From an uncultured delta proteobacterium (GTDB lineage: Bacteria > Desulfobacterota > Binatia > UBA9968), in contig CAWJBB010000014.1 of NCBI GenBank assembly GCA_963840855.1, forward strand, positions 1 to 24,251: DNA of 24,251 nucleotides. The letters are read 5' to 3'. Position numbers and translations under genes: made by a program. Shown here one piece after another: positions 16,681-24,123 of the stretch. The stretch's first letter is position 1. Every line of letters begins with the position of its first letter. The notes under the pieces were generated by a model. The model did not search any database. It saw only the letters and a list, made by a program, of their open reading frames with translations, and was not told the origin of the DNA.

Positions 16681-17859
16681 TTAGATCCTCAATTGAAATA
16701 ATCTCTGAGCATTCTTCCAGCGAATCAGTTCCTTATGCTCTTCTGAAATCTTCGCGTTATCCTTAAGAAGCCGGACGTCTTCGAATTTCATCCTTCCGCC
16801 GGGATCGTCATGGGGGTAATCGGTGGCGAAGAGAAAGCGCTCCGCGCCGAGAAACTGGACGGCCTCCGGCAGCTCCGGTTCCTCGGTTTCAATGGTGAAA
16901 TAAAAGTTATTTTTAAAGTAATAACTTGCCGGCTTCTTATTCTTTTCCAGAAACTGACTCGCCGGCAGGATTGCCCGCGCCCGGCGAAGCTTCTCGCCGA
17001 TCTTGGATAGTGCGCGATTCGACAAGGGCTCTTCCTGGTCGTCGTAATCCACTGGCGGCGCTTCCAAAACTTTGTCCAGGCGCTCCACCAATGGTTTGAT
17101 AAAGGATGTCCCGGCCTCGGTGTAAATAAACTGTAATTTTGGCAATGCGTCGAGCAAGCCGCTGGTAAAGAGCGACACCAGACTCATCTGCCCTTCTTGG
17201 GGCGCGAAAACATAGAGCCCGTCACGCTGAAATAGCAGGAGATTGCTGATACGGTGGCCATGCTGAACATTATGGAGATAGAGCGGCATCGCCAAATCCT
17301 CAGCCTTTTCAAAAAACGGCCAAAGCTCGCGACGACTCCCGAGGGGCTCGCTATAGGGATGTTCTTTCACCGGAAAAACTTTGTCCAGAACCGCGCTCTT
17401 GAAACCTTGTTCCTTAGCCCATTCTAGCTCGCGGATGGAAGCTTCGACGTCTTGCAACGCCACGAGCGCGACACCGAGAATTTTCCCGGGAAACTCGTTC
17501 ATGATGCGCAGCATCGCTTCATTATGGGAGCGCGCCATGCTCGTCGCTAATCCTGGTTCGATGAGATAGGACCACCAACCGGAGAACTGGGGCAGAACAA
17601 TATGCATCTCGATGCCTAATCGCCTCTCGTAATCCGCCATGCGCGCCTCGAGGTCCCAAAGACTGCGAAACATGGCGCCGGAACCCGGCGCGCCCAGTGG
17701 ACTTGTGCCTGCCACCTGCGGCGCATCGCCGGGAAAATCGACGTCTGAATAGAGGCCGGCTTGGTCGAATTGAAGTACCGGCCTATGGGAACTCAGCTTG
17801 CCACCAACGCCGTCAAAGGCGTCCCGTGGCATCAAGTGGGTATCGCAGTCAATAATCAA
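16681..17859 (-). CDS. Amidohydrolase_2 family protein
   Basis: IIDCDTHL, ARSHN, ELWPFF, PLYLH, LPKLQFIYTEAG, FATDYPHDD, NAQRLF. TTG 17859 follows GGAGG. Confidence 0.88.
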   Translation of the reverse strand: MIIDCDTHLMPRDAFDGVGGKLSSHRPVLQFDQAGLYSDVDFPGDAPQVAGTSPLGAPGSGAMFRSLWDLEARMADYERRLGIEMHIVLPQFSGWWSYLIEPGLATSMARSHNEAMLRIMNEFPGKILGVALVALQDVEASIRELEWAKEQGFKSAVLDKVFPVKEHPYSEPLGSRRELWPFFEKAEDLAMPLYLHNVQHGHRISNLLLFQRDGLYVFAPQEGQMSLVSLFTSGLLDALPKLQFIYTEAGTSFIKPLVERLDKVLEAPPVDYDDQEEPLSNRALSKIGEKLRRARAILPASQFLEKNKKPASYYFKNNFYFTIETEEPELPEAVQFLGAERFLFATDYPHDDPGGRMKFEDVRLLKDNAKISEEHKELIRWKNAQRLFQLRI

Positions 17860-17888
17860 GACCGCCTCCAAAAACTGCTAATTTTCCT

Positions 17889-17918
17889 TTTATAGGGCGG
17901 TCGTGACTGCGAAGTCAA
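17889..17918 (-). promoter_or_regulatory. Putative sigma-70 promoter of the amidohydrolase-NUDIX pair
   Basis: Minus strand TTGACT-N18-TATAAA. Confidence 0.45.
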
Positions 17919-17996
17919 GATTGAGAAATGAGCGCGGCGGCCCCGATGGACCGCCGCATGAAGGAAGAGCGAAAGCTTTGCGTCAAGCTTCAGGTA

Positions 17997-18503
17997 TCAG
18001 TCATACCAAAAGCCACCAACCCGGCGATCGAAGTCCCGAGAACCACGCCTGTAGTCTTGTCCCCGATCCCAGCGGTTGTCGTTATTCCACCAACCCCAAC
18101 CGGTTTCACGGTAGTCATGCCGGCCGTAACCGTATCGATGATTGTCATAGCCGTATTTGTCGAGATCGCGGCGAAGTTCCGCATGGTCCTCGCGGATTTC
18201 GCGCCGGTCCTGGAAGATTTCCTGCCGCCCCTGCCGCACTTCGTTGCGTAATCGCTCTATCTGCGCCGGGCTCCTGCCCCTCCGATAAGCTCGCTGAAGC
18301 GCTTCTCGGTCACGGTTGTATTCTCGAATATCGCTGCGCAACTCCGCGCGGTCTCTCCGAATCTCCGCCACATCGCCGCGTATTTCCGCTCGCGCTACCC
18401 GCTCCCTGTGTCTGCTCCGGGCCTCCGCCGATATCGGACTCGCCAACGCTATCAATGAAATTATCGCCGCAGTTAAAAACACTCCTGCGTTAGTTTTTCT
18501 CAT
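17997..18503 (-). CDS. Hypothetical secreted protein with E[IL]RxDxx heptad repeats and a G/Y/W/R/D-rich tail
   Basis: Strong TAAGGAGG RBS; signal peptide ending AEA; repeats EIRGDVA-EIRRDRA-ELRSDIR-EYNRDRE and EIFQDRR-EIREDHA-ELRRDLD. Confidence 0.8.
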   Translation of the reverse strand: MRKTNAGVFLTAAIISLIALASPISAEARSRHRERVARAEIRGDVAEIRRDRAELRSDIREYNRDREALQRAYRRGRSPAQIERLRNEVRQGRQEIFQDRREIREDHAELRRDLDKYGYDNHRYGYGRHDYRETGWGWWNNDNRWDRGQDYRRGSRDFDRRVGGFWYD

Positions 18504-18521
18504 AGGCGCCTCCTTATCCGG

Positions 18522-18550
18522 TTAGACGGCGCTGGTTGAAAAACGTTAAC
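18522..18550 (-). promoter_or_regulatory. ECF-type promoter of the secreted repeat protein
   Basis: Minus strand TAAC-GTTTTTCAACCAGCGC-CGTCTAA (AAC-N16-CGTC), just upstream of the RBS. Confidence 0.6.
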
Positions 18551-18579
18551 AACGAAAAGGGGGAGATACTCCGTCGACT

Positions 18580-18630
18580 GCCGTTCAAGTCGTTCAAAAG
18601 GTTCCAATCGTTCCAAACGTTTTGAACGGC
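18580..18630. repeat. Nonamer tandem repeat with GTTC(A/C)A core, bounded by the inverted repeat GCCGTTCAA/TTGAACGGC
   Basis: CGTTCAAGT CGTTCAAAA GGTTCCAAT CGTTCCAAA CGTTTTGAACGG. Confidence 0.8.
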
Positions 18631-18881
18631 CCGATACGAAAGTCAAAGTCGTCGAAGAATGCTCCGGACATGACGGCACCTGGGCGATGAAGAAAGAAAA
18701 CTTTGAGGCCTCGCTCAAATGGGGGAAACGCGCCTTCGCGCAGATGGCCGAGGGCGAGCCGGACATTACCTGCTCCGACTGTCCGCTGGCGGCGATTCAG
18801 ATAGAACAAGGCACCGGCCGCCGCCCATTGAATCCTATACAATTAGTGGCGAAGAGCTATCGCGGGGAAAAAATCTCCTGA
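18630..18881 (+). pseudogene. 5'-truncated remnant of a GlpC/HdrD-like CCG-domain Fe-S oxidoreductase
   Basis: Frame reads PDTKVKVVEECSGHDGTWAMKKENFEASLKWG...TCSDCPLAAIQI..GTG...NPIQLVAKSY*. Upstream the frame crosses the repeat to TGA 18537 with no start codon. Confidence 0.75.
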
Positions 18882-18908
18882 ACTAACCGAAGCTTACTAA
18901 CGCGCAGA

Positions 18909-19676
18909 TCAACCCTCGGCTGCCTGCGGTTCAACCGTCCCCGAGCAGCCGACCATCTCGCGCCGTAGCCCGCACACCTCCGCCACTTCGTCGCGGTAGG
19001 CCAGCCAATGCTCCAAGGCTTCGTGCATCGCCCGCACCACAGCGCCGCGCCGGGTTGGCGTCACATGCTTGAGAATAGACTCCCAGGCCGCGCTGCGGTG
19101 ATTGCCCTCGACTTTTCGGTGGGCTCGCGTGAGGGCCAGATGCTGCAAGGGCAGGCCGTAATGTTTAACCAACGGATGCTCGTTTAGCGAAGGCATCGGC
19201 GGGACCAGGTTTGCAGGCCCGATGGCCGCTCGCTCATCCTTGGTTCCTTCGATAAAGATAGTAACGACCGCGGTGGCGATCTCCCACCCGTAATGTTGCG
19301 TCGCTTCGTCGAGGAAACTACGATACCGCTGCGCAGCCGCGAGTAATTGCACGTTCTCAAACCGTTTAAGGTCCATTCCTAAGCCTCGTGGGTACTCCAA
19401 GAACAATTCAGGATGGGGGCTCCCTGCCGCCAGCCCTCCGGTTTCTTCTTCGTAAAGATTTTCCGAGAGGCTGCGGCGCACCGCCGCGATTGGACATCGC
19501 ACATAGGCCCACCCCACCATGACCGGGAAGTCGCGAACATAGGCACCGTATTCCTGCTCGAAGTGAAAATGAAGGCGGTCCTTTGGCACCCTGCCATTGG
19601 TAAACGCCGGCCACGCCCAGTGATCCTTGCGCTCCATTACAGCCAATAGCTGCTCGCGAAAAGTATCCCGATCCAT
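18909..19676 (-). CDS. PqqC/CADD-like heme-oxygenase-like diiron oxidase (iron-containing redox enzyme)
   Basis: HFEQEY..YVRDFP, ENLYEEETG...HPELF, FIEG, HRKVEGNH: the E-H-E-H-E-H ligand pattern of HDO enzymes. GGGGGAGG RBS. Confidence 0.82.
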   Translation of the reverse strand: MDRDTFREQLLAVMERKDHWAWPAFTNGRVPKDRLHFHFEQEYGAYVRDFPVMVGWAYVRCPIAAVRRSLSENLYEEETGGLAAGSPHPELFLEYPRGLGMDLKRFENVQLLAAAQRYRSFLDEATQHYGWEIATAVVTIFIEGTKDERAAIGPANLVPPMPSLNEHPLVKHYGLPLQHLALTRAHRKVEGNHRSAAWESILKHVTPTRRGAVVRAMHEALEHWLAYRDEVAEVCGLRREMVGCSGTVEPQAAEG

Positions 19677-19728
19677 GATCGCCCTCCCCCTGATTTAATA
19701 ATCAAGTAACCGCAACCTATTTTGCACC

Positions 19729-19743
19729 GCAACGCTCGTGCCA
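19729..19743 (-). promoter_or_regulatory. Sigma-54 promoter of the HDO gene
   Basis: Minus strand TGGCACG-AGCG-TTGC, matching the consensus TGGCACG-N4-TTGC. Confidence 0.8.
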
Positions 19744-19864
19744 ACAGCTAAGGCCGCAATTTTTCAAGAGAAGGCAGCGCCCGAATCGGGCAAAACGGTC
19801 AGATTGGGAAGAACGTTACTTTAACTGCGAAGCAGCTAGGCAAACTTGCCCCGGCAAGCAAGAG

Positions 19865-19993
19865 GTTCAAAAGTTCAAATCTTCTTGTTCAAGTGGTTTA
19901 ACGCAGCCCGTATGGCTTGGAGACGGCTTGAACGTTTGAACGATTTGCTTCGAAAATTAGGCCTGAGCAGCATGTGAAGGGAACTACTTGAAC
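19865..19993. repeat. Degenerate GTTCAA/TTGAAC palindromic repeat cluster
   Basis: GTTCAA at 19865, 19873, 19887 (GTTTAA at 19896); TTGAAC at 19928, 19936, 19988. Confidence 0.7.
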
Positions 19994-20036
19994 AGGCTGC
20001 CCCCTAGCATTCTTTGCCGCGCGAATTTCTCTGGGG

Positions 20037-21395
20037 TTAGTTACCGGCCGCCTTGGTGCGCATGGTGACAAACTCTTCCGCCGCAGTCGGGTGGATACCA
20101 ACGGTCGCGTCGAATTGGGCCTTGGTCGCGCGGCAGTTAAGCGCCACCGCCAAACCTTGGACAATCTCTCCCGCTTCCGGGCCGACCATATGGCAACCCA
20201 ACACCCGGTCGGTGGCCCGGTCCACCACCAGCTTCATCATCGTGCGCTCGTCGCGGCCGCTGAGTGTGTGTCGGAGCGGACGAAACAGGGTGCGGTAAAT
20301 ATCGACGTGGTAATTTTGCTGGCGTGCTTGCTGCTCCGTGAGGCCGACGGTGGCACAGGTGGGAGTGCTGAAGACCGCGGTGGGAACGTTCTCGTAGCCA
20401 GGCCTGGTTGGTTTGTTGTTAAATAGCGTATTCGCCACGGCCATGCCTTCGGCTATGGCAACCGGCGTCAACATCATTCGGTCGGTACAGTCGCCGATCG
20501 CATAGATACTATCGACGCTCGACTTCGAGAAATCGTCAACGATGACGGCGCCGTTATCCTTTAGTTTTACCCCCGCGTTTTTCAATCCTAGATCAGGCGT
20601 GTGCGCCGCGCGCCCTGTGGCAAAAAGAATCTGGTCCGCTTCAATCATGCTGCCGTCGGTGAGCGCAGCGCTCAGCTTGCCATTCACTTCGTCAATTCTT
20701 GTGATTTGCGTCTTGAACCGAAGATCGATCTGACGCTTGCGCATTTCCCCGGCCAAGGTAGAGCGAATGTCGTCGTCGAAGCCGCGCAGAAAAAGCTCGC
20801 CGCGATGGAGCTGCGTCGTATGCGCGCCGAGGCCATGAAATATGCCGGCAAATTCGACACCGATATAACCGCCCCCGACGACGATAATCTTCGCCGGCAG
20901 CACCGGCAAATAAAATGCCTCATTGGAAGTAATGGCGTACTCTGACCCGGGAAACTTCGGCACCCTCGGCCAGCTACCCACGGCCACGAGTATATATTTC
21001 GCCGTGAACCTCTTGCCATCGACGGTCACCGTATGCGGATCGATGACCTCGGCGTGGCTTTCGACGATTTCCACGCCGGCATCGCCAAGAAGCTTGCGAT
21101 AGATGCCGTTGAGACGGCGAATCTCTTGGTCCTTGTTGGCGATCAACTTGGCCCAATCGAAACGCCGCTTCCCCACCGTCCAGCCGAATTCCGCGGCGTC
21201 GTCAAAATCCTCGCCGTAGTGCGACGCGTAAACCAACAGCTTTTTTGGAATGCAGCCAACATTGACACAAGTGCCGCCGAAATAGCGCTCCTCGGCTACC
21301 GCAACTTTGGCGCCGAAGGACGCCGACATCCGGCTGGCGCGCACGCCGCCGGACCCCGCGCCGATGGTGAACAGATCAAAATCATAATGAGCCAT
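20037..21395 (-). CDS. gor: Glutathione-disulfide reductase
   Basis: YDFDLFTIGAGSGGVRA, GGTCVNVGCIPKK, GGGYIGVEFA, LTPVAIAEG, GIHPTAAEEFVTMR. Confidence 0.94.
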   Translation of the reverse strand: MAHYDFDLFTIGAGSGGVRASRMSASFGAKVAVAEERYFGGTCVNVGCIPKKLLVYASHYGEDFDDAAEFGWTVGKRRFDWAKLIANKDQEIRRLNGIYRKLLGDAGVEIVESHAEVIDPHTVTVDGKRFTAKYILVAVGSWPRVPKFPGSEYAITSNEAFYLPVLPAKIIVVGGGYIGVEFAGIFHGLGAHTTQLHRGELFLRGFDDDIRSTLAGEMRKRQIDLRFKTQITRIDEVNGKLSAALTDGSMIEADQILFATGRAAHTPDLGLKNAGVKLKDNGAVIVDDFSKSSVDSIYAIGDCTDRMMLTPVAIAEGMAVANTLFNNKPTRPGYENVPTAVFSTPTCATVGLTEQQARQQNYHVDIYRTLFRPLRHTLSGRDERTMMKLVVDRATDRVLGCHMVGPEAGEIVQGLAVALNCRATKAQFDATVGIHPTAAEEFVTMRTKAAGN

Positions 21396-21409
21396 GCGAC
21401 CTCACCTCT

Positions 21410-21473
21410 GTAGGGGTCTAGAGTCTAGTGCCTCGGGTCTCGACTTAGCACTAGGCTCCAAACTCTTAGACCT
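21410..21473. repeat. Heptamer-type (TCTAG/CTAGA) palindromic repeat in the gor leader
   Basis: GGTCTAG AGTCTAG TGCCTCG GGTCTCG ... GCACTAG GCTCCAA ACTCTTAG ACC; CTAGTGC pairs with GCACTAG. Confidence 0.55.
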
Positions 21474-21614
21474 TTTGTTTTCACACCTGCGCCATTCTGG
21501 GATTTGCGTTCCCGGTATCAGGTGAATGAGACCCTTGACGCGAGACTCCCAGTTCTCTGTTAGCAACCACTAAAATAGGTAGCATCCGCCACCCGAAAAG
21601 TCTTGCGCGACTCT

Positions 21615-21643
21615 TTGACAGCGCGTGCCGATTCGTGAACAAT
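21615..21643 (+). promoter_or_regulatory. Putative sigma-70 promoter of the MFS-ParB-like operon
   Basis: TTGACA-N17-AACAAT. Confidence 0.45.
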
Positions 21644-21675
21644 GGCGCAACCGGTCGATTTCTGCTTAGAGCAAC

Positions 21676-22962
21676 ATGTCACAATCAGCCGCACGCACCG
21701 CCGCCGGAGGGCAGCGCATCCTTGAAGCCATCAGCGCGCTCCGCCACCGAAATTACCGTCTCTATTGGTTCGGCCAACTATTTTCCGTGCTGGCGCAGAA
21801 CATGGAACATGTCGCCCAGGGCTGGCTGGTGTTGGAGCTGACCAATTCTCCTTTAGCCCTCGGAGTTACGGGCCTCGCCCATGCGATCCCGACAATTACC
21901 TTGACATTGATCGGCGGCGCGATTGCCGACCGCGCCGACCGCAGGCGCATCATGATCGCCTCTCAGTGCTGCACGGCTCTTATGTTTCTGATTCTTGCGG
22001 TGCTGGTGCTGACCAAGCTCGCCGCGCTCTGGCATGTCATGGTTTTAGCGTTTGTCTCCGGGAGCATCCGAGCTTTCGACAGGCCCAGCAGGATGGCCCT
22101 ACTGCCGCAAATGGTACCCAGAGAGGATATTCCAAACGCGGTTGCCATCGGCGGCACGATCTGGCAATTATGCCGTCTCGTTGGACCGGCCGCAGCCGGC
22201 ATTTTGATTTATCTTTTCGGCGTCGGCCCGACGTTTTTCACCTGTTGTTTGGCGTCGTCCACCGCGGTCAGTCTCTGGCTCGCCATTCGCGCGGACCAGC
22301 CCGCGCTCGCGGCCAGCGCCGGCGGTTTACGCAAAAATATGCTGGCCGGCGTTCACTTCATCCGCAACAACGAACTCTTCTACACGTTCATGGGCATGAC
22401 GTTCTTCAACAGCGTTTTCGGCATGTCTTATTTGATCTTGATGCCGGTGTTCGCGCGCGACATTCTCAATGTCGGTTCCCAGGGATTCGGCTTCCTGCAA
22501 ACCGCCGGGGGCGCCGGCGCGCTGATTGGCACATTGGCAGTCGCCTATTTATCCGACGCCCGCCGCCTACCCCTACAAGCAGCGCGCGGCGCCGCTCTCT
22601 TCGGCGTGCTGCTGCTCCTTTTTGCCTATTCACGCGCCTTTCCGTTCTCTTTGGCCTTGGCCTTCGTGCTCGGAATGTCGGGCCAGTTCTACATCACAGC
22701 TATAAACACAGTTTTGCAACTCAACTTACCCGAGCAGTTGCGCGGCAGAGTCATGGGTGTCTATGGTTTGACCTGGGACTTGATGCCGGTTGGCGGAATG
22801 GTGGCCGGAACCATCGCCGAATTCGCCGGTGCCCCCGCTGCGGTAGCGGTGGGCGGGGCGTTCGTGTCCGGGCTCGCGCTCTGGGTCATCTCCATCGCGA
22901 CGCGATTCGGTGCCGGGGAACGAAGCGAAGGGAAGGAAAGCGCGTCGATAAGACCAGGATGA
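21676..22962 (+). CDS. MFS transporter (MFS_3/DHA3-like)
   Basis: ALRHRNYRLYWFGQ, GWLVLELTNSPLALG, GGAIADRADRRR, RAFDRPSRMALLPQMV, RLVGPA, LRGRVMG. Confidence 0.92.
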   Translation: MSQSAARTAAGGQRILEAISALRHRNYRLYWFGQLFSVLAQNMEHVAQGWLVLELTNSPLALGVTGLAHAIPTITLTLIGGAIADRADRRRIMIASQCCTALMFLILAVLVLTKLAALWHVMVLAFVSGSIRAFDRPSRMALLPQMVPREDIPNAVAIGGTIWQLCRLVGPAAAGILIYLFGVGPTFFTCCLASSTAVSLWLAIRADQPALAASAGGLRKNMLAGVHFIRNNELFYTFMGMTFFNSVFGMSYLILMPVFARDILNVGSQGFGFLQTAGGAGALIGTLAVAYLSDARRLPLQAARGAALFGVLLLLFAYSRAFPFSLALAFVLGMSGQFYITAINTVLQLNLPEQLRGRVMGVYGLTWDLMPVGGMVAGTIAEFAGAPAAVAVGGAFVSGLALWVISIATRFGAGERSEGKESASIRPG

Positions 22963-23954
22963 AGTTTATGGCTGAGAAGAAAGCCAAGAAAGCGCCCGGG
23001 GGGCCGAAGAAACGCCGCAAACTCGCCGGCAAAGCCATCGCCCTCGACGCCAAAGAACTCCTCGATGCGCCGATGCCGGGCGAGGTGAGCGCGCTGCAAG
23101 AGACGATAAAAACCGACGGCGGCACCGTGCTCGCCTCGTACCGCGACCCCTTCGGCGGCAAGTGGCTGGTGCTGGCCGCGCTGCCGATTGAAAAAGTCGA
23201 GCCCACCCCCTATCAGCGCAATCTCTCTGATACCCACGCGCGTAAACTGGAAACGGTCATCGCTAAACTCGGCCGCTTCCTTGATCCGATCGTCGTCGTG
23301 CGCAAGGAAAGCAAAGAAAGCACCACCCGTTACTGGACGCCCAATGGCAACCATCGTCTGTCGGCGATGAAGACACTCGGAGCGAAAAGCATCGTCGGCA
23401 TTGTCGTTCCAGAAGCATCCACCGCGTATCAAATCCTCGCGTTGAATACCGAGAAGGCGCATAATCTGCGCGAGCGGGCGCTGGAAGTCATCAAGATGTA
23501 CCAGGAACTGTCGACCCTGGATGACGCGACCGAGGAAGCGTACGCGCTGGAATTCGAAGAGGCCGCGCTGATCACCCTCGGTCTCTGTTACCTCGAAAAC
23601 GGCCGCTTCAGCGGCGGCGCCTATCACCCGATCTTGCGCCGATCGGACCAATTTATAAAAAAGTCGCTCCACGCGGCGTTGGCAACGCGCCGCGAACGCG
23701 CCAGCGCCCTGATCGATCTGGATAAGACCGTAGTTGAAAAGGTCGAAGCGTTAAAGGCGAAAGGAATGACGAGTCCCTATCTGAAGAGTTTTGTCGTCGC
23801 TCGCATCAATCCGATACGCTTTAGGCCGAAAGACGCCGCGCCGCTTAGTTTCGATGAGGTCATGGAGCGCATGACGAAAGCCGCCGAGAAGCTCAACGTC
23901 GAGAAAGTCAAAGTCGAAGATCTCGCGAAATCCGGCGGCGCACCTGAGGATTAG
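22959..23954 (+). CDS. Orphan ParB/Sulfiredoxin N-terminal-domain protein
   Basis: LPIEKVEPTPYQR, FLDPIVVVR, TPNGNHRLSAM..LG, LALNTEK. ATG 22959 overlaps the MFS stop (ATGA); alternative ATG 22968. The 729-aa ORF extension is a shadow over the MFS gene. Confidence 0.85.
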   Translation: MKFMAEKKAKKAPGGPKKRRKLAGKAIALDAKELLDAPMPGEVSALQETIKTDGGTVLASYRDPFGGKWLVLAALPIEKVEPTPYQRNLSDTHARKLETVIAKLGRFLDPIVVVRKESKESTTRYWTPNGNHRLSAMKTLGAKSIVGIVVPEASTAYQILALNTEKAHNLRERALEVIKMYQELSTLDDATEEAYALEFEEAALITLGLCYLENGRFSGGAYHPILRRSDQFIKKSLHAALATRRERASALIDLDKTVVEKVEALKAKGMTSPYLKSFVVARINPIRFRPKDAAPLSFDEVMERMTKAAEKLNVEKVKVEDLAKSGGAPED

Positions 23955-24123
23955 TCGAGAAGCGACAAGAGCTCAATGATGACCGGCAGTGAATTCAAGA
24001 TCCTGGCGAATCTCAAATCGAATTGTCGCAAACGTCTCACAATAACCTTGGGCGAGTGTTTTGGTTGAATCACTCGATTTTGATCCTAGCGTTCCAACCA
24101 GAAACTTGGAACTAAAAACTAAC

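Noticed and set aside
17903-18493. Plus-strand ORFs 17903-18493 and 17928-18251
   Set aside because: Antisense shadows of the repetitive secreted protein gene, which has the RBS, signal peptide and promoter.
18909-19676. PQQ biosynthesis cluster
   Set aside because: No pqqA/B/D/E nearby, and the ligand pattern fits a diiron HDO better than PqqC.
21765-22958. 729-aa ORF suggesting a large ParB fusion protein
   Set aside because: The first ~400 codons are an Arg-rich alternative frame over the well-supported MFS gene; the real protein starts at 22959 or 22968.
22761-23672. 303-aa minus-strand ORF
   Set aside because: Antisense to the ParB-like gene, with no recognisable motif.
22959-23954. 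Sulfiredoxin working with glutathione reductase, or a plasmid/prophage partition locus
   Set aside because: The catalytic Cys of the sulfiredoxin GCHR motif is replaced (GNHR); no parA, rep, integrase or phage genes are present.
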